NCBI GenBank assembly: GCA_046046325.1
Contig: JBJOJZ010000079.1
Coordinates: forward strand, 7,274 to 71,273
Length of the DNA stretch: 64,000 nt
Direction: 5' to 3'
Source of the DNA: Bacteroidota bacterium
Lineage (GTDB): Bacteria; Bacteroidota; Bacteroidia; Flavobacteriales_D; Crocinitomicaceae
Below the pieces are notes generated by a model. The model saw nothing but the letters and a program-made list of their open reading frames with translations, ran no database searches and had not been told where the DNA came from. A program made the position numbers and the translations under genes. Within the stretch, counting starts at the first letter, position 1, and every line of letters starts with the position of its first letter. Shown piece by piece: positions 50,650-61,300 of the stretch.

Positions 50650-52122
50650 TCACTGCGTTTTATCTTCCATCAGGCGATTCAACCACCGCGCGGCAAGTAT
50701 TATTACTACTCCAGTAATTAGGGCGTAAATACTCAATTGTAAATAACCGTTGGTATAGCCATCTAAACGTTCGCTCAAGGGGGCTTTTTCATCAGGGTTG
50801 GACATTCCCGCACCCAAAATTCCTGCGACATACTGTCCGTAGGCGGAAGCTAAAAACCACATGCCCATCATGATTCCCCAAAGGTGTTTTGGCGACAATT
50901 TGGTCATTAAGGAAAGGCCAATGGGAGATAAGAAAAGCTCACCAATGGATATCACTAAGTACGCTATGGTGAAAATCCCCAATGAAGCGAGCCCGTCGCC
51001 ATCCAGCATAAAACGCATGGCATAAAAAAGGTAAAACGAAAGGCTAAGAAAAAGAAAAGCCAGACCGAATTTCGCGAAATAATTTGGCTCTAATTTTCGT
51101 TTATTCAACCACACCCATAGTAAACCAATCAGTGCACTAAAACAAATCACAAAAAATGAATTAGCGGAGTTATTCACTACATTCGGATCGATGTTAATAC
51201 CTAGCATATTACTTGAAACTAAATCCCGTGCGAATAAGCTCAAAGACCCCCCACTCTGCTCAAAAAACGACCAGAAAATTATGGATAATACAATGAAGAT
51301 CAACGCAGCACCCATTTTTTTAATCTGCATTTTATCCAGTTTGATCATCTCATAAATTACATAAACCAAAGTAACCGGCCCAATGATATACATGAATAAA
51401 TCGGTATACTCGGTTTTTCGAATCATGATATAAATCAAGGGTAAAACGGCCAGGGATCCAGCATAAACGTACCACCTATTTCTTCGATCTTTTAAAGGCG
51501 ATTCCGAGGCAGGTGAAATTCCAATCGGGCCTAAAAACCTCCGTGTTAGCAAAAAATTTAACAGCCCTATAGCCATAAATACACCCGACAATAAGAACGC
51601 AACATTCCAGCTGAAGGTTTTACCTACATAAACGCAAAGGCCACCTCCCAAGAGTGCGCCGATATTGATTCCAGCATAGAACAGGCTAAATCCAGCATCC
51701 CGACGCGTATCTCCATCACGGTACAACTCTCCCACCATGGTAGAAATATTCGGTTTGAAGAATCCCGTCCCCACGATAATTAAACAAATACCATAGAAAA
51801 AAAATTGTTTGGCATCAATTCCCATGACAACACTTCCTAGCACCATTAAAATTCCACCCCAGAGTAACGACCTCTGAAACCCAAGGATTTTATCCGCAAA
51901 TAAGCCTCCAACAAAGGTAAATGCGTAAACAAAAGCTTGTATGGCTCCATATTTCAAGTTAGCTGCATCATTTTTTATCAACAAGATATCCGTCATGAAA
52001 ATGACTAACATCCCGCGGTTACCATAAAAGCAGAAGCGTTCCCACATTTCAGTAAAGAACAAATACCAAATTTGTTTTGGGAATTTCCCTTTGAAGTCTT
52101 GAATTTCAGATAAACTAAGCAT
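50650..52122 (-). CDS. POT/PTR2-family proton-dependent oligopeptide transporter
   Basis: ExxERFxYY-type motif (TEMWERFCFYGNRGML), PTR2 block (GGLFADKILG; GFFKPNIST) and FWSFFEQSG. Confidence 0.88.
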   Translation of the reverse strand: MLSLSEIQDFKGKFPKQIWYLFFTEMWERFCFYGNRGMLVIFMTDILLIKNDAANLKYGAIQAFVYAFTFVGGLFADKILGFQRSLLWGGILMVLGSVVMGIDAKQFFFYGICLIIVGTGFFKPNISTMVGELYRDGDTRRDAGFSLFYAGINIGALLGGGLCVYVGKTFSWNVAFLLSGVFMAIGLLNFLLTRRFLGPIGISPASESPLKDRRNRWYVYAGSLAVLPLIYIMIRKTEYTDLFMYIIGPVTLVYVIYEMIKLDKMQIKKMGAALIFIVLSIIFWSFFEQSGGSLSLFARDLVSSNMLGINIDPNVVNNSANSFFVICFSALIGLLWVWLNKRKLEPNYFAKFGLAFLFLSLSFYLFYAMRFMLDGDGLASLGIFTIAYLVISIGELFLSPIGLSLMTKLSPKHLWGIMMGMWFLASAYGQYVAGILGAGMSNPDEKAPLSERLDGYTNGYLQLSIYALITGVVIILAARWLNRLMEDKTQ

Positions 52123-52138
52123 AATAATTAGGTTTATG

Positions 52139-52160
52139 AAAAAAGGCTCCGAAGAGCCTT
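52139..52160 (-). terminator. intrinsic terminator between the two POT genes
   Basis: Minus strand reads AAGGCTC-TTCG-GAGCCTT followed by TTTT. It lies 8 nt after the upstream POT stop and 16 nt before the downstream POT ATG. Confidence 0.7.
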
Positions 52161-52167
52161 AATTGAT

Positions 52168-54228
52168 TTATAACACGTTGTTTTCTTTCATTACACGGTT
52201 CAGCCAACGTAACATTAAAAACAATAATAAGGCGGCACCTAATACTAAGGCAAAATTCAGGTAAAAGAAATTTTGCTTACTGTTGGCATCAAAGCCTTCC
52301 CAAAGACTCGAAAGCATACCCGACATTTTGTTACCAACAGAAATGGCAAGGAAATACCCCCCCATCATTAATGCCGTGATACGTGGAGGACTTAATTTAG
52401 ATACTAAAGACAATCCCATCGGGGATAAACAAAGTTCACCAATGGTAATTACCCCATAAGACGCTAACAACCACATGGAGCCTGCCTTTGCACTTAACCC
52501 ATTGGTAGCAAACACGGCTCCCACCATGACAAGCGCCGACAAGGCCGTTATAACTAATCCGATGGCAATCTTAGCTGGCGTACTCGGTTCTTTTTTCTTT
52601 CTACGGAAAAAGCCCCAAATGCCAACCATAACAGGCGTTAATACGACCACCCAAAATGGATTAATGGATTGATAAAGCTCCGTTGAATACAATTTCAAAT
52701 TAGGTACTTCCGTATTGGATTTTTGAATTAATTGATTCTCGTTTAGGTAATCATATACATGTTGCGCTGATTGAAGCGCTAAAAGTTCCCCTTGCAATGC
52801 TTTTTGTTCAACGGTATCTTTAGCCTTAGCAAGTGCCGTCTCCGTTGCCTTAATTTGCTTGGAAGTCTCCGTTGCAAGCAGTTCGATTGATTTCTTGTCG
52901 CTGAGCACGCTTGGAAGTTGCTGACTTGGAGTTTCTGCTAATCGAATAAGCATTAATTTCTCCGAATCTTGCAAGATCGAATCGCTTTCAATGGTGGCAT
53001 TAAGGGCAGGTTCTATCTTATTGGCCTCTAAGGCAGGAATATCAGATTTCGATAAATTGGTGAAATACTTATACGATTTGTCGATACGTTCAATTTTCTC
53101 GGCACATTCCTTGAGGTTTTTAAAATCTTCCTTTGTTTCTTTCGGCAGTGCAGATTGAGTTACATTCAAAAAACTCATAGAGGCGTCATAGGAAGCTTTA
53201 TCTCGTATCATCGGACTGTTTTCAACCAACTGCGCCATGCCAGCAGCATCTGCTGCACCTGTTATACTCGAAGACATTTCACGATCTGTATAATCTTCAG
53301 CCCATACGGTAAGTGCATCCCCATTTTGATGAAATATCGCAAAGAATAAAATAACACAGGTAAATACCGCCAAAAGGGCCTTTATTGCACGACTTTCTTT
53401 AGCCTCTGATTTAAAGGCAAGGTAAATAAAGAAGCCAATAACCGGCAGACACCCGATAATAAATGCATCGTTCGTATCAGTTCCCAACAAATTCCCTGGA
53501 ATCAAGTAACCAATGATGCCAAAAACAAACATTGGAAGTACGGTTAAACCTAATATTTTAAGGGTTGACATATCCCCTTCCTGCAAGGGTTTTACCACAT
53601 CGTAATGCTTAATGTGTTTGTTCCCAATGGAGAAAATTACCACTCCCAACAACATGCCAACTCCTGCAGCAGCGAAGGCATGACCCCAACCGTAATTGAT
53701 TCGCATGAAAGCTGCAACAAAATTACATACGAAGGCACCAATATTAATTCCCATATAGAAGATGTTAAATCCAGCATCTTTTTTATCCTTCAAAGAATCT
53801 TCACTGTATAAATTACCTACCAAGGTTGAAATATTCGGCTTGAAAAACCCATTACCAAGAATGATGAGAAGAAGCGCCGCGTAGAAACTTGGTATGGTGT
53901 GCATCGCTAACATGAAATAACCAGCAGCCATCATCAATCCACCAATAATGATTGATCTTCGATAACCTAATAATCGATCGGCCAACAATCCTCCAATAAA
54001 CGGTGTTAAATAGACCAATCCTAAGTACGTACCATAAATATCCGATTTCAATTGACCATCAAAACCCATTCCCCCGTTGTTCCAACCGTCAAGCATATAG
54101 AGTGAAAAAATCCCGAGCATTAGGTAATACCCAAAGCGTTCCCACATCTCAGTTCCAAACATGAACCATAGTCCTTTCGGGTGACCGAAAAGCATTTGAA
54201 TTTCATTCTTATTGTTAGCGTTACTCAT
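52168..54228 (-). CDS. POT/PTR2-family peptide transporter with ~210-aa loop insertion
   Basis: TEMWERFGYYLMLG, GGLLADRLLG, GFFKPNISTLVG. There is a long hydrophilic helical insert between FFAIFHQNGDALTVWA and YQSINPFWVV. Confidence 0.85.
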   Translation of the reverse strand: MSNANNKNEIQMLFGHPKGLWFMFGTEMWERFGYYLMLGIFSLYMLDGWNNGGMGFDGQLKSDIYGTYLGLVYLTPFIGGLLADRLLGYRRSIIIGGLMMAAGYFMLAMHTIPSFYAALLLIILGNGFFKPNISTLVGNLYSEDSLKDKKDAGFNIFYMGINIGAFVCNFVAAFMRINYGWGHAFAAAGVGMLLGVVIFSIGNKHIKHYDVVKPLQEGDMSTLKILGLTVLPMFVFGIIGYLIPGNLLGTDTNDAFIIGCLPVIGFFIYLAFKSEAKESRAIKALLAVFTCVILFFAIFHQNGDALTVWAEDYTDREMSSSITGAADAAGMAQLVENSPMIRDKASYDASMSFLNVTQSALPKETKEDFKNLKECAEKIERIDKSYKYFTNLSKSDIPALEANKIEPALNATIESDSILQDSEKLMLIRLAETPSQQLPSVLSDKKSIELLATETSKQIKATETALAKAKDTVEQKALQGELLALQSAQHVYDYLNENQLIQKSNTEVPNLKLYSTELYQSINPFWVVVLTPVMVGIWGFFRRKKKEPSTPAKIAIGLVITALSALVMVGAVFATNGLSAKAGSMWLLASYGVITIGELCLSPMGLSLVSKLSPPRITALMMGGYFLAISVGNKMSGMLSSLWEGFDANSKQNFFYLNFALVLGAALLLFLMLRWLNRVMKENNVL

Positions 54229-54302
54229 AGTTAGTTTTTAAGATTATTGCTGCCGAATATACAAAAAAACACGTGACTAAGCGATTTTTCTTAATTCGCC
54301 CT

Positions 54303-54310
54303 TAATTTTG
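54303..54310 (+). promoter_or_regulatory. candidate -7 box for tatD-tcdA
   Basis: TAATTTTG. 7 nt to the ATG. Confidence 0.4.
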
Positions 54311-54317
54311 AATTGAA

Positions 54318-54932
54318 ATGAAATTTTACAACGTTCATACCCACCGTTTACGCTCCCATGAAGTCGCCATCGTACAATCCGTCAATGCCCCGATAAATCA
54401 TTGTCATTCCTCAGGAATACATCCTTGGTTTGCGGACTCTGCCCTCCTGCCCTCGTTGGCAATTGCCTTGGAACATCCTGCATGCAAGGCCCTTGGCGAA
54501 GTGGGTTTGGATCGAATTAAAGGTCCCAGCATAGAAATTCAATGTAATATACTCGAGAAGCAACTATCCCTTGCTGCTAAGCACCATAAACCGGTCATTT
54601 TCCATATCGTTCGCGCTTGGGAAGAATTTTACGCCCTGCAGAGAACTCAGCAAGTAACTCCTTGGGTTCTGCACGGCTTCAACCAACCAAGGCAATTCCC
54701 TAGGTTACTCGATACCCCGGTATACCTCAGCATAGGTCCAGGTGCTTTGTCCAACCTCGCCATGCATCCCTTGCTTTCAAAAATCCCCCTCGAGCGCTTG
54801 TTGTTTGAAACCGACGATAGCGACAAGGAGATTCAGACGGTTTACCACCGTTTTTGCGGCATAACAGGATTCGAACTCATGGCGCTATCTCGACAAATCG
54901 AACAGAATTTTTTGGCTATTTTTGGGGCATGA
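54318..54932 (+). CDS. TatD-family metal-dependent hydrolase (short)
   Basis: N-terminal HTH motif (NVHTH), EVGLD and ETD blocks. Length 204 aa. Confidence 0.7.
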   Translation: MKFYNVHTHRLRSHEVAIVQSVNAPINHCHSSGIHPWFADSALLPSLAIALEHPACKALGEVGLDRIKGPSIEIQCNILEKQLSLAAKHHKPVIFHIVRAWEEFYALQRTQQVTPWVLHGFNQPRQFPRLLDTPVYLSIGPGALSNLAMHPLLSKIPLERLLFETDDSDKEIQTVYHRFCGITGFELMALSRQIEQNFLAIFGA

Positions 54933-55651
54933 ATCATTGGTTGGAAAGGTCGGAACTGTTGATCGGTTCAGAAAAACTCGAAAAACTGGCGAAATCGCAC
55001 GTAATGATTGTTGGACTCGGTGGCATTGGATCGTTTGCCGGAGAATTCATTGCACGGGCGGGCGTGGGCACGCTGACCCTCATCGACGGCGACGTCTTCG
55101 ATCCCACCAACAAAAACCGTCAGCTAACGGCCTTGGATTCCACCATTGGAAAAAACAAGGCGGTTGTTTTAGCCGAACGCATCAAGGACATTAATCCGAA
55201 TGCCAAGGTAAATGTACTCGAAGAATTTGTAGTTCCAGAAAGGGTTTGGGAGTTGCTCAACGAATACCAACCGGACTACGTAATGGACTGTATCGACTCA
55301 GTTTCACCCAAACTTGCGTGGTTGCTCTGCTGTAAAAAGCAGAAGATTAAAGTGATTACCCACTTGGGCGCTGGGGGTAAATCGGATCCTTCCACGGTGC
55401 ACGTAGCCAACTTGGTCGACACCCACAATTGCAAGCTGGGTTCGCACATCAAAAAACGCATCAAGCGTCAAGGCGCCTCATTGAGAGGCATCAAGGCCGT
55501 ATTTTCTTCCGAATTGCAGGATAAAAAATCGCTTAAAATGACGGATGGAACGAAATTCAAAAAATCCTTTTATGGAACCATTAGCTACATGCCGGCACTC
55601 TTTGGCTTACACGGTGCGGCGGAGGTGATTCGGTATTTGAGTTCGAAGTAG
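54929..55651 (+). CDS. tcdA: tRNA threonylcarbamoyladenosine dehydratase (ThiF/E1-like)
   Basis: VGLGGIGS nucleotide loop, LIDGDVFD..N.NRQ and DCIDS. The ATG at 54929 forms an ATGA overlap with the tatD stop. Confidence 0.8.
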   Translation: MNHWLERSELLIGSEKLEKLAKSHVMIVGLGGIGSFAGEFIARAGVGTLTLIDGDVFDPTNKNRQLTALDSTIGKNKAVVLAERIKDINPNAKVNVLEEFVVPERVWELLNEYQPDYVMDCIDSVSPKLAWLLCCKKQKIKVITHLGAGGKSDPSTVHVANLVDTHNCKLGSHIKKRIKRQGASLRGIKAVFSSELQDKKSLKMTDGTKFKKSFYGTISYMPALFGLHGAAEVIRYLSSK

Positions 55652-55709
55652 AGTGCCTTTGAGAATGAACTTTCGAATACGAAAAACGTTTTAAATTTTA
55701 ACCATTAAC

Positions 55710-56717
55710 ATGACATACACCCTACGCTTTATCCGCTTCCAATGGATTACCTTAATTGGCTTGTTTTTGGTGATTTGTGCCGGCAGTTTTGTGCGCATCA
55801 CAGGTTCCGGCATGGGTTGTCCGGACTGGCCTAAGTGTTTTGGACAATGGATTCCTCCGACCGCAGAATCGCAGCTTCCTTCGAATTATTTATCTATTTT
55901 TCAAGAGAAACGTGCGAAAAAAGCCGTTAAGTTCTGTGCTTTTCTGAGAAAATTAGGGATGGAAGAAACCGCTCGAAAAATCGAGACTGACCCTACGCTT
56001 CTGCAAGAAGAACCTTTTAATGCTGCGAGAACGTACACGGAATACATCAATCGTTTGCTCGGATTTCTTGCGGGCAACCTGATGCTGGCGGGTTTCTTTT
56101 GGAGCGTGCTTTTCTACCGAAAGCGCTGGCTGTTAACGTTATCCGCCATCAACCTGGTGCTCATCGCCGTGGAGGCGTGGTTTGGTTCGATCGTGGTTGC
56201 AACGAACTTGGTGCCTTGGACAATCACCGTGCATTTATTCCTAGCCTTGGTCATTTTACTCATCCAACTTTACGTGATTTATCGGATTTCGCCGAAGCAT
56301 GGTGTGAAAATTCCTGTCAACCAACTGACCTTCTATATTTGGTGGGCGGTCTTTGCCATTACTTTTTACCAAATGTTTCTGGGTACTCAGGTACGAGAAT
56401 ACATTGACGCCCTAACGAAACAAGGATTAGGCAGGGAGGCCTGGAGCGATTATTTGGGGATCGAATTCTTCATTCACCGCAGTTTCAGCTGGTTGGTGTT
56501 GGTGTTGTTGGCTTATTTGGCGTGGAGAAATGAACGTGGTGAAAAAATTTCCGTAATCCGTTGGGCTTTTGGGGTATTGGGCATCGAACTTACTGCTGGA
56601 GTCTTATTGGCCTACTTTGATTTACCTGGATTAGTTCAGACCTCCCACTTGCTATTTGCCGTAGTTGTGCTCGCATTGCTTGGCATGGGGGTTTATCGAT
56701 TTAGAAAAACTGCTTAA
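55710..56717 (+). CDS. ctaA: heme A synthase (COX15/CtaA family)
   Basis: GSGMGCPDWPKC motif. About 8 TM segments with conserved His residues (TVHLFLA, TSHLLFA). Confidence 0.85.
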   Translation: MTYTLRFIRFQWITLIGLFLVICAGSFVRITGSGMGCPDWPKCFGQWIPPTAESQLPSNYLSIFQEKRAKKAVKFCAFLRKLGMEETARKIETDPTLLQEEPFNAARTYTEYINRLLGFLAGNLMLAGFFWSVLFYRKRWLLTLSAINLVLIAVEAWFGSIVVATNLVPWTITVHLFLALVILLIQLYVIYRISPKHGVKIPVNQLTFYIWWAVFAITFYQMFLGTQVREYIDALTKQGLGREAWSDYLGIEFFIHRSFSWLVLVLLAYLAWRNERGEKISVIRWAFGVLGIELTAGVLLAYFDLPGLVQTSHLLFAVVVLALLGMGVYRFRKTA

Positions 56718-56737
56718 CTTTAAACAAACTTCTACCT

Positions 56738-57772
56738 ATGAAACATTATCTACTTTTTGCTGCAGGAATTTTTGCCGTAACGTGTAATGCACAAATTACC
56801 CTCGACCAAGGGGACATGCCCTCCGTGGGCGACAACATTCCTAGAAAATCCGACACCATGACCGTTTTAGCCGGTCCCGGGGGCAGCGGTCCGAACCAAA
56901 CGTGGAATTTCACAGCTACCAGCAACTATGTTATTACCGAGAATACCAGCGTGGTATCGGTAGCGTCAACGCCCAACGGAAACCAATTTGGGAATTCCAA
57001 CATGGCCATGACCAACGACAACGCGAGTTATTTGTACTTTAATAAAAGTGCTCAATCGTTCACCACTCAAGGATTTTCTGGAGATTTATTGGGTTCAGGC
57101 ATCATCAATGCCGTGTTCAACCCGGATTTAACCTTGCATCAATTTCCGAGAACTTTTGGTTCGAGTTTCAACGACAGCTATGTCATTGACGTGATTGTAC
57201 CAGGGGCAGCCTTCAATCCCTTGGTAAGTCAGATCCGTTTTAAGCGATCTTCGATGGTCCACGACACCACCGATGCTTGGGGACAAATCACCACCCCGCA
57301 CGGAACCTATGACGTATTGCGCATTCACACCACGGAAACGTTCACCGATTCCATTTGGGCTTTGCCGATATTTCCACCAACTTGGAGTTTGGTGAGCACG
57401 AGTTCGGACGTTACCAACAGCTATTCTTGGGTGGGTAAAGGCGGTAAATTGGCTATTGCGGAGATGAGTTTCGACACCCTAGGAGCTCCAAAGATTTTTA
57501 AATGGACAGAACTTCCTGGAATTGGTGTGGGGTTAGAGGAGTCCAATGTTGCCAACCTGGAAATTTATCCAAATCCGTGTGGCGATGCGATAACAGTTTC
57601 TGTTGATGTGGAACAACTTGGAGAAGCATATGCTGTGTTTGACCCGCTGGGAAAACGCATACTTGAAGGAACCGTTTGCGCTGAAGTACAACCAATCAGA
57701 ATGGACAACTTACCTTCTGGAAATTATATCTTGCGCATTGGAACGCAATGTTGCAGGTTAACAAAATCCTAA
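56738..57772 (+). CDS. secreted protein with T9SS C-terminal sorting domain
   Basis: Signal peptide (AVTCNAQ). C-terminal ~70 aa resemble the type-A T9SS CTD (LEIYPNPCGDAITVS...LPSGNYILRI). The passenger domain is unknown. Confidence 0.65.
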   Translation: MKHYLLFAAGIFAVTCNAQITLDQGDMPSVGDNIPRKSDTMTVLAGPGGSGPNQTWNFTATSNYVITENTSVVSVASTPNGNQFGNSNMAMTNDNASYLYFNKSAQSFTTQGFSGDLLGSGIINAVFNPDLTLHQFPRTFGSSFNDSYVIDVIVPGAAFNPLVSQIRFKRSSMVHDTTDAWGQITTPHGTYDVLRIHTTETFTDSIWALPIFPPTWSLVSTSSDVTNSYSWVGKGGKLAIAEMSFDTLGAPKIFKWTELPGIGVGLEESNVANLEIYPNPCGDAITVSVDVEQLGEAYAVFDPLGKRILEGTVCAEVQPIRMDNLPSGNYILRIGTQCCRLTKS

Positions 57773-57784
57773 GCCCTCGGCTTA

Positions 57785-58291
57785 TCAACGGTACAATTCA
57801 TAAGGAGAAACTTCAACGAGTTGTCCTTTGCGGTTTTTCACCAAATAGTTGACGTAATAACTGAGGTCATTCCCTCCTACTTTAACCTCCACGATTACCG
57901 CACTGGTGGAATCCACTTTAAACCTTGCGACATCTCCGGGTCTAAACTCTGTGATTTCCAGCACGCGGTCGCGGAGTTTTGCGTTGTAAATCACGGCTCT
58001 CATGGGATGGTAATAGTCTACCCAATCTTGCAAAGAATCACGCTTTTGAGTCATGCGCCGATACTCCTTTTGCATGGATTTAAGTTCCGAATTTAACTCC
58101 TTCATCTGTTCCTTAAAGACCTTGGCTTGTTGCTCCGAGTCGCGCTTTTGGTCCATTAAGGATTTAATCAGTAAAAAAATCAAAACAGCCACCATCAAAC
58201 CCACGACAGCGTAAATGACCATCTTGCTTAATTCCACTTTCTTGGGAGCTTCAGGAGGAAGAGTATTCATATCGTTTTCTAATTGTTGCAT
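57785..58291 (-). CDS. single-pass membrane protein with coiled coil and small C-terminal beta domain (unknown function)
   Basis: TM helix MVIYAVVGLMVAVLIFLLI, heptad-rich KEQMKELNSELKSMQKEYRRM and a C-terminal beta-rich ~60 aa. Lies 50 nt downstream of the 1119-aa gene with no promoter box or terminator between them. Confidence 0.65.
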   Translation of the reverse strand: MQQLENDMNTLPPEAPKKVELSKMVIYAVVGLMVAVLIFLLIKSLMDQKRDSEQQAKVFKEQMKELNSELKSMQKEYRRMTQKRDSLQDWVDYYHPMRAVIYNAKLRDRVLEITEFRPGDVARFKVDSTSAVIVEVKVGGNDLSYYVNYLVKNRKGQLVEVSPYELYR

Positions 58292-58341
58292 CGAAAGTAC
58301 TTAAAAATATAAGTTGTTAAAAATCGAATGATCACAACCCT

Positions 58342-61300
58342 TTAAAAACCCAAGCCTTTAAATGCTTTAATCTCCTTGATTTTATGTTCAAATTCAGCAA
58401 GCACCTTTGGCAATTCCTGTTCGTTGTTCACAGGAACCCAATGCTGCAATTCAATTTTAGATGGAACGATTTTTTTACCCCAAAAGTCGACCCTAAAACC
58501 GGGCCATCCGAAAAAGGCTACGGGAATAATTTTGATGAATTTCGCATTGAAAGCGCTTTCAAAGGTGAGTTCTAAGGTGGAAAAACCATCGTTCAATCCT
58601 TCTAAATCGCTGAGCGTTTGCCAGTTCTTTTTATCCACGGAATACATGATATGAAAACGTGTTACATAACTTTTACCGTGAGGTGCTCCCTTAAGGACTA
58701 GTTGCGAAACGGACATTGCCTCGGGAAGTTCCACTTGCCACCATTGTTTATCGTCTTGCTTTGCGGCACACCAGTACGTTTTTTCATTAGAAATTAATGC
58801 GTGGTGGGCTTTGTAATTGCGGTTATAATCGGAAGAAGAGGTCATAACTGCCGAAGAATTGCTTAGGATCCAGTAAGGATCGTTCAATGCGGCCTCGCCT
58901 TTGGTTACAAATTTCCAACTTGAATCGTTATTGGCTTTATTCTGCATTTGTTCCATCAATTGCGCTCCTTTGAGGGAATCTCCGACGTGCAACACCACTC
59001 CCGCCATCATTTGATCTTGTTGGAACTCCAACCCCCAACCCAACCAATGCGCTACGCCCTTACCAGAATAAACATAATCCAAGAATCGATAACCTTTCAT
59101 CCAATTGCGTTCACGGGTGATGGTATTGGAGAAAAGTCCTTGAAGCGATGGATTAATTTCCTCCAAAACCTCCGCCATTGAATTACCGAAACGGGTTAAC
59201 ACGGGTTGGGTTAACTTCAATCCAAGGAATGAGACATACGATTTTGAACAAGCATCCGCCAAAGCAGTTAAAAAGAAGGAGGTCAAAGGTCGAGGGTCAA
59301 ATCGTTCCAAATCCTCCACTTTACATTGGACTAAAAACTTACTGCGTTTAAAGTGGAAACGTGCATTTTCAAACGATAGACCTTCCAAGGACTCAAGGAT
59401 TCTTTCAACAGGTTCATGGATTTCAGGTTGCAAATAACCCGCGCAGGAAATATAAATTAAGTAATTCAGTTCATTGTTAAAATAGTCTTGTTTGATTTGA
59501 AAACTAATGCACAAGGGATACCCTTTGATTCTTGGTCGGAATTCACGGGAAAAGTAACCCAAATGCACACTACCTTTCAAACCATCGTTAGAAAGTTGGT
59601 TGTCGCTCGAATCCTGGGTTTCCATTCCTTCATCCACTTCATCCCCCCCTTGGTCGGAAGGAAGGTCTTCTTCCGTGGCCTCACTTAAACCGCAACCCAA
59701 CAGAAGGTCTTCAAGGCTGGTTAGCTTACTCCTAATGAGCGCTTCATCTTGATCAATTACGTAAGACCCGTTGAGCATATTTTGGTAATCCCGGTTGACC
59801 GCCTCAAATACCCCCTTAAACAAGTTAAACGCGATATCAAAGCTATCGATAAGAACGGATGGATTGGCAATGATCTCCTCCACTTTATGGTAGAATTGAA
59901 TTTGATCAAATCCATAAATAAAATCATAGAACCAAGGAAAACGGCTCATCGACTCGGTAAAGGAGTAATAGGTGTTATTGTTCAGGCTGTCCCATAAAAC
60001 AAGGTTAGGGTATTTTTTCAAATCTTCCGAATACTCCATGGCGAAAGACTTCAAATGTTCTACAAAAACATTGAGAAGGAGCCCATAATTTTCTAAGTCT
60101 TTGTAATCCTTCCAATCAGGAAGATATCCAATAGCAGCGCCGCCGGACGAATAAAGGGAAAAGTGCAGGGCTAGAATTTTCTTACTGGGTAAATTCTTAG
60201 GATATAAGGTACACCATGCATACCCTGTCATAACGCCAATTTGCCAATTGTTTTGTTTGGTATCCCATTCGGAATCTTCGTCCAAACATAGTTTTGTTAA
60301 CCGAGATTGTACGAAATGGTCTAATGAAGCGAAAGCGGTACGATGCCAATATTCCTTGGTGCCGAATTTATACGAATCTTCCCTTATTTTAAAGATACTC
60401 TCCTTGGTTGCGTGTCTAAATACTCCCATACCAATCAACCACTTATGGGCTGCCATTAAACCTTGAAAATCGGTTAATTCCTCTATGGTAAACTGCAGTA
60501 CCTTATTCCTTCGAACCTCATCCGGGTCAACATTCAAGGCAAAGGTTCGTTCCAAAAAAACTTTATCAAATGTTACGTTATCCACCCCGTATTGTTGCCC
60601 GGTAAGTTTTAACAAAAATTCATTGTAGGTTTTCGTGGTTATAGCATGGTCAACGACCTCTATAAAACGTTTATCTACCTCCGGAAAAGGGTCTTCAATG
60701 TTCAACTCAGTTGCAACACTTACAATCAAGGCTTTCACTTGTTCCTTGGATAATCCCATGCGGGTTTTGCCAATAGACTCAAAGAAATTTAGCTCATCTA
60801 AGCTAATTTGTTCATCATCCAAAGCTGCCTTTATCGATTCTTTTAGATCTTCTACTGTCGCTTTGTTTCGGAGCTCCTCTTCTTCTTGACGTATTTTCTC
60901 AACGGCTTCCTTTCCAGCGCGAAGAAGCAATTTCCAATCCGAAAGCAACACGGTATCATTCGCCGCAAACACCTTAATACCTTCCGGATAATCGGCGGTT
61001 TTAGTTACTTCCAGAGGTTCGTTACTGTCTTCGCTGATCAGAGTAAGCACCCCCTGTTCGTTGCTGTCCACCACAAACTGACGAAACTCCCAAATCTTCC
61101 CAAGTTCATTGATTACCTGGTTTAAAGCGCTTTCTAAAAACGGGTTTGTTGCATCAAAATACTCCTCGCTGAAAGGCCAAGAAACTATTTTTCCTTTCAC
61201 TTCCTTGTGTGGATGAGCAACGCGATTTCTAAGTTGAATGAAAACATCAAAAAACTCCAACAAATTCACCTTTCCAAGGTTATTCTTAAGAGCCTGCGAA

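Noticed and set aside
57770-57784. Palindrome TAAGCC-CTC-GGCTTA, bridged by the stop codons of the convergent T9SS cargo gene and the 168-aa gene, as a possible bidirectional terminator.
   Set aside because: It is only a 6-bp stem with a 3-nt loop and has no flanking T- or A-runs, so it is too weak to call.
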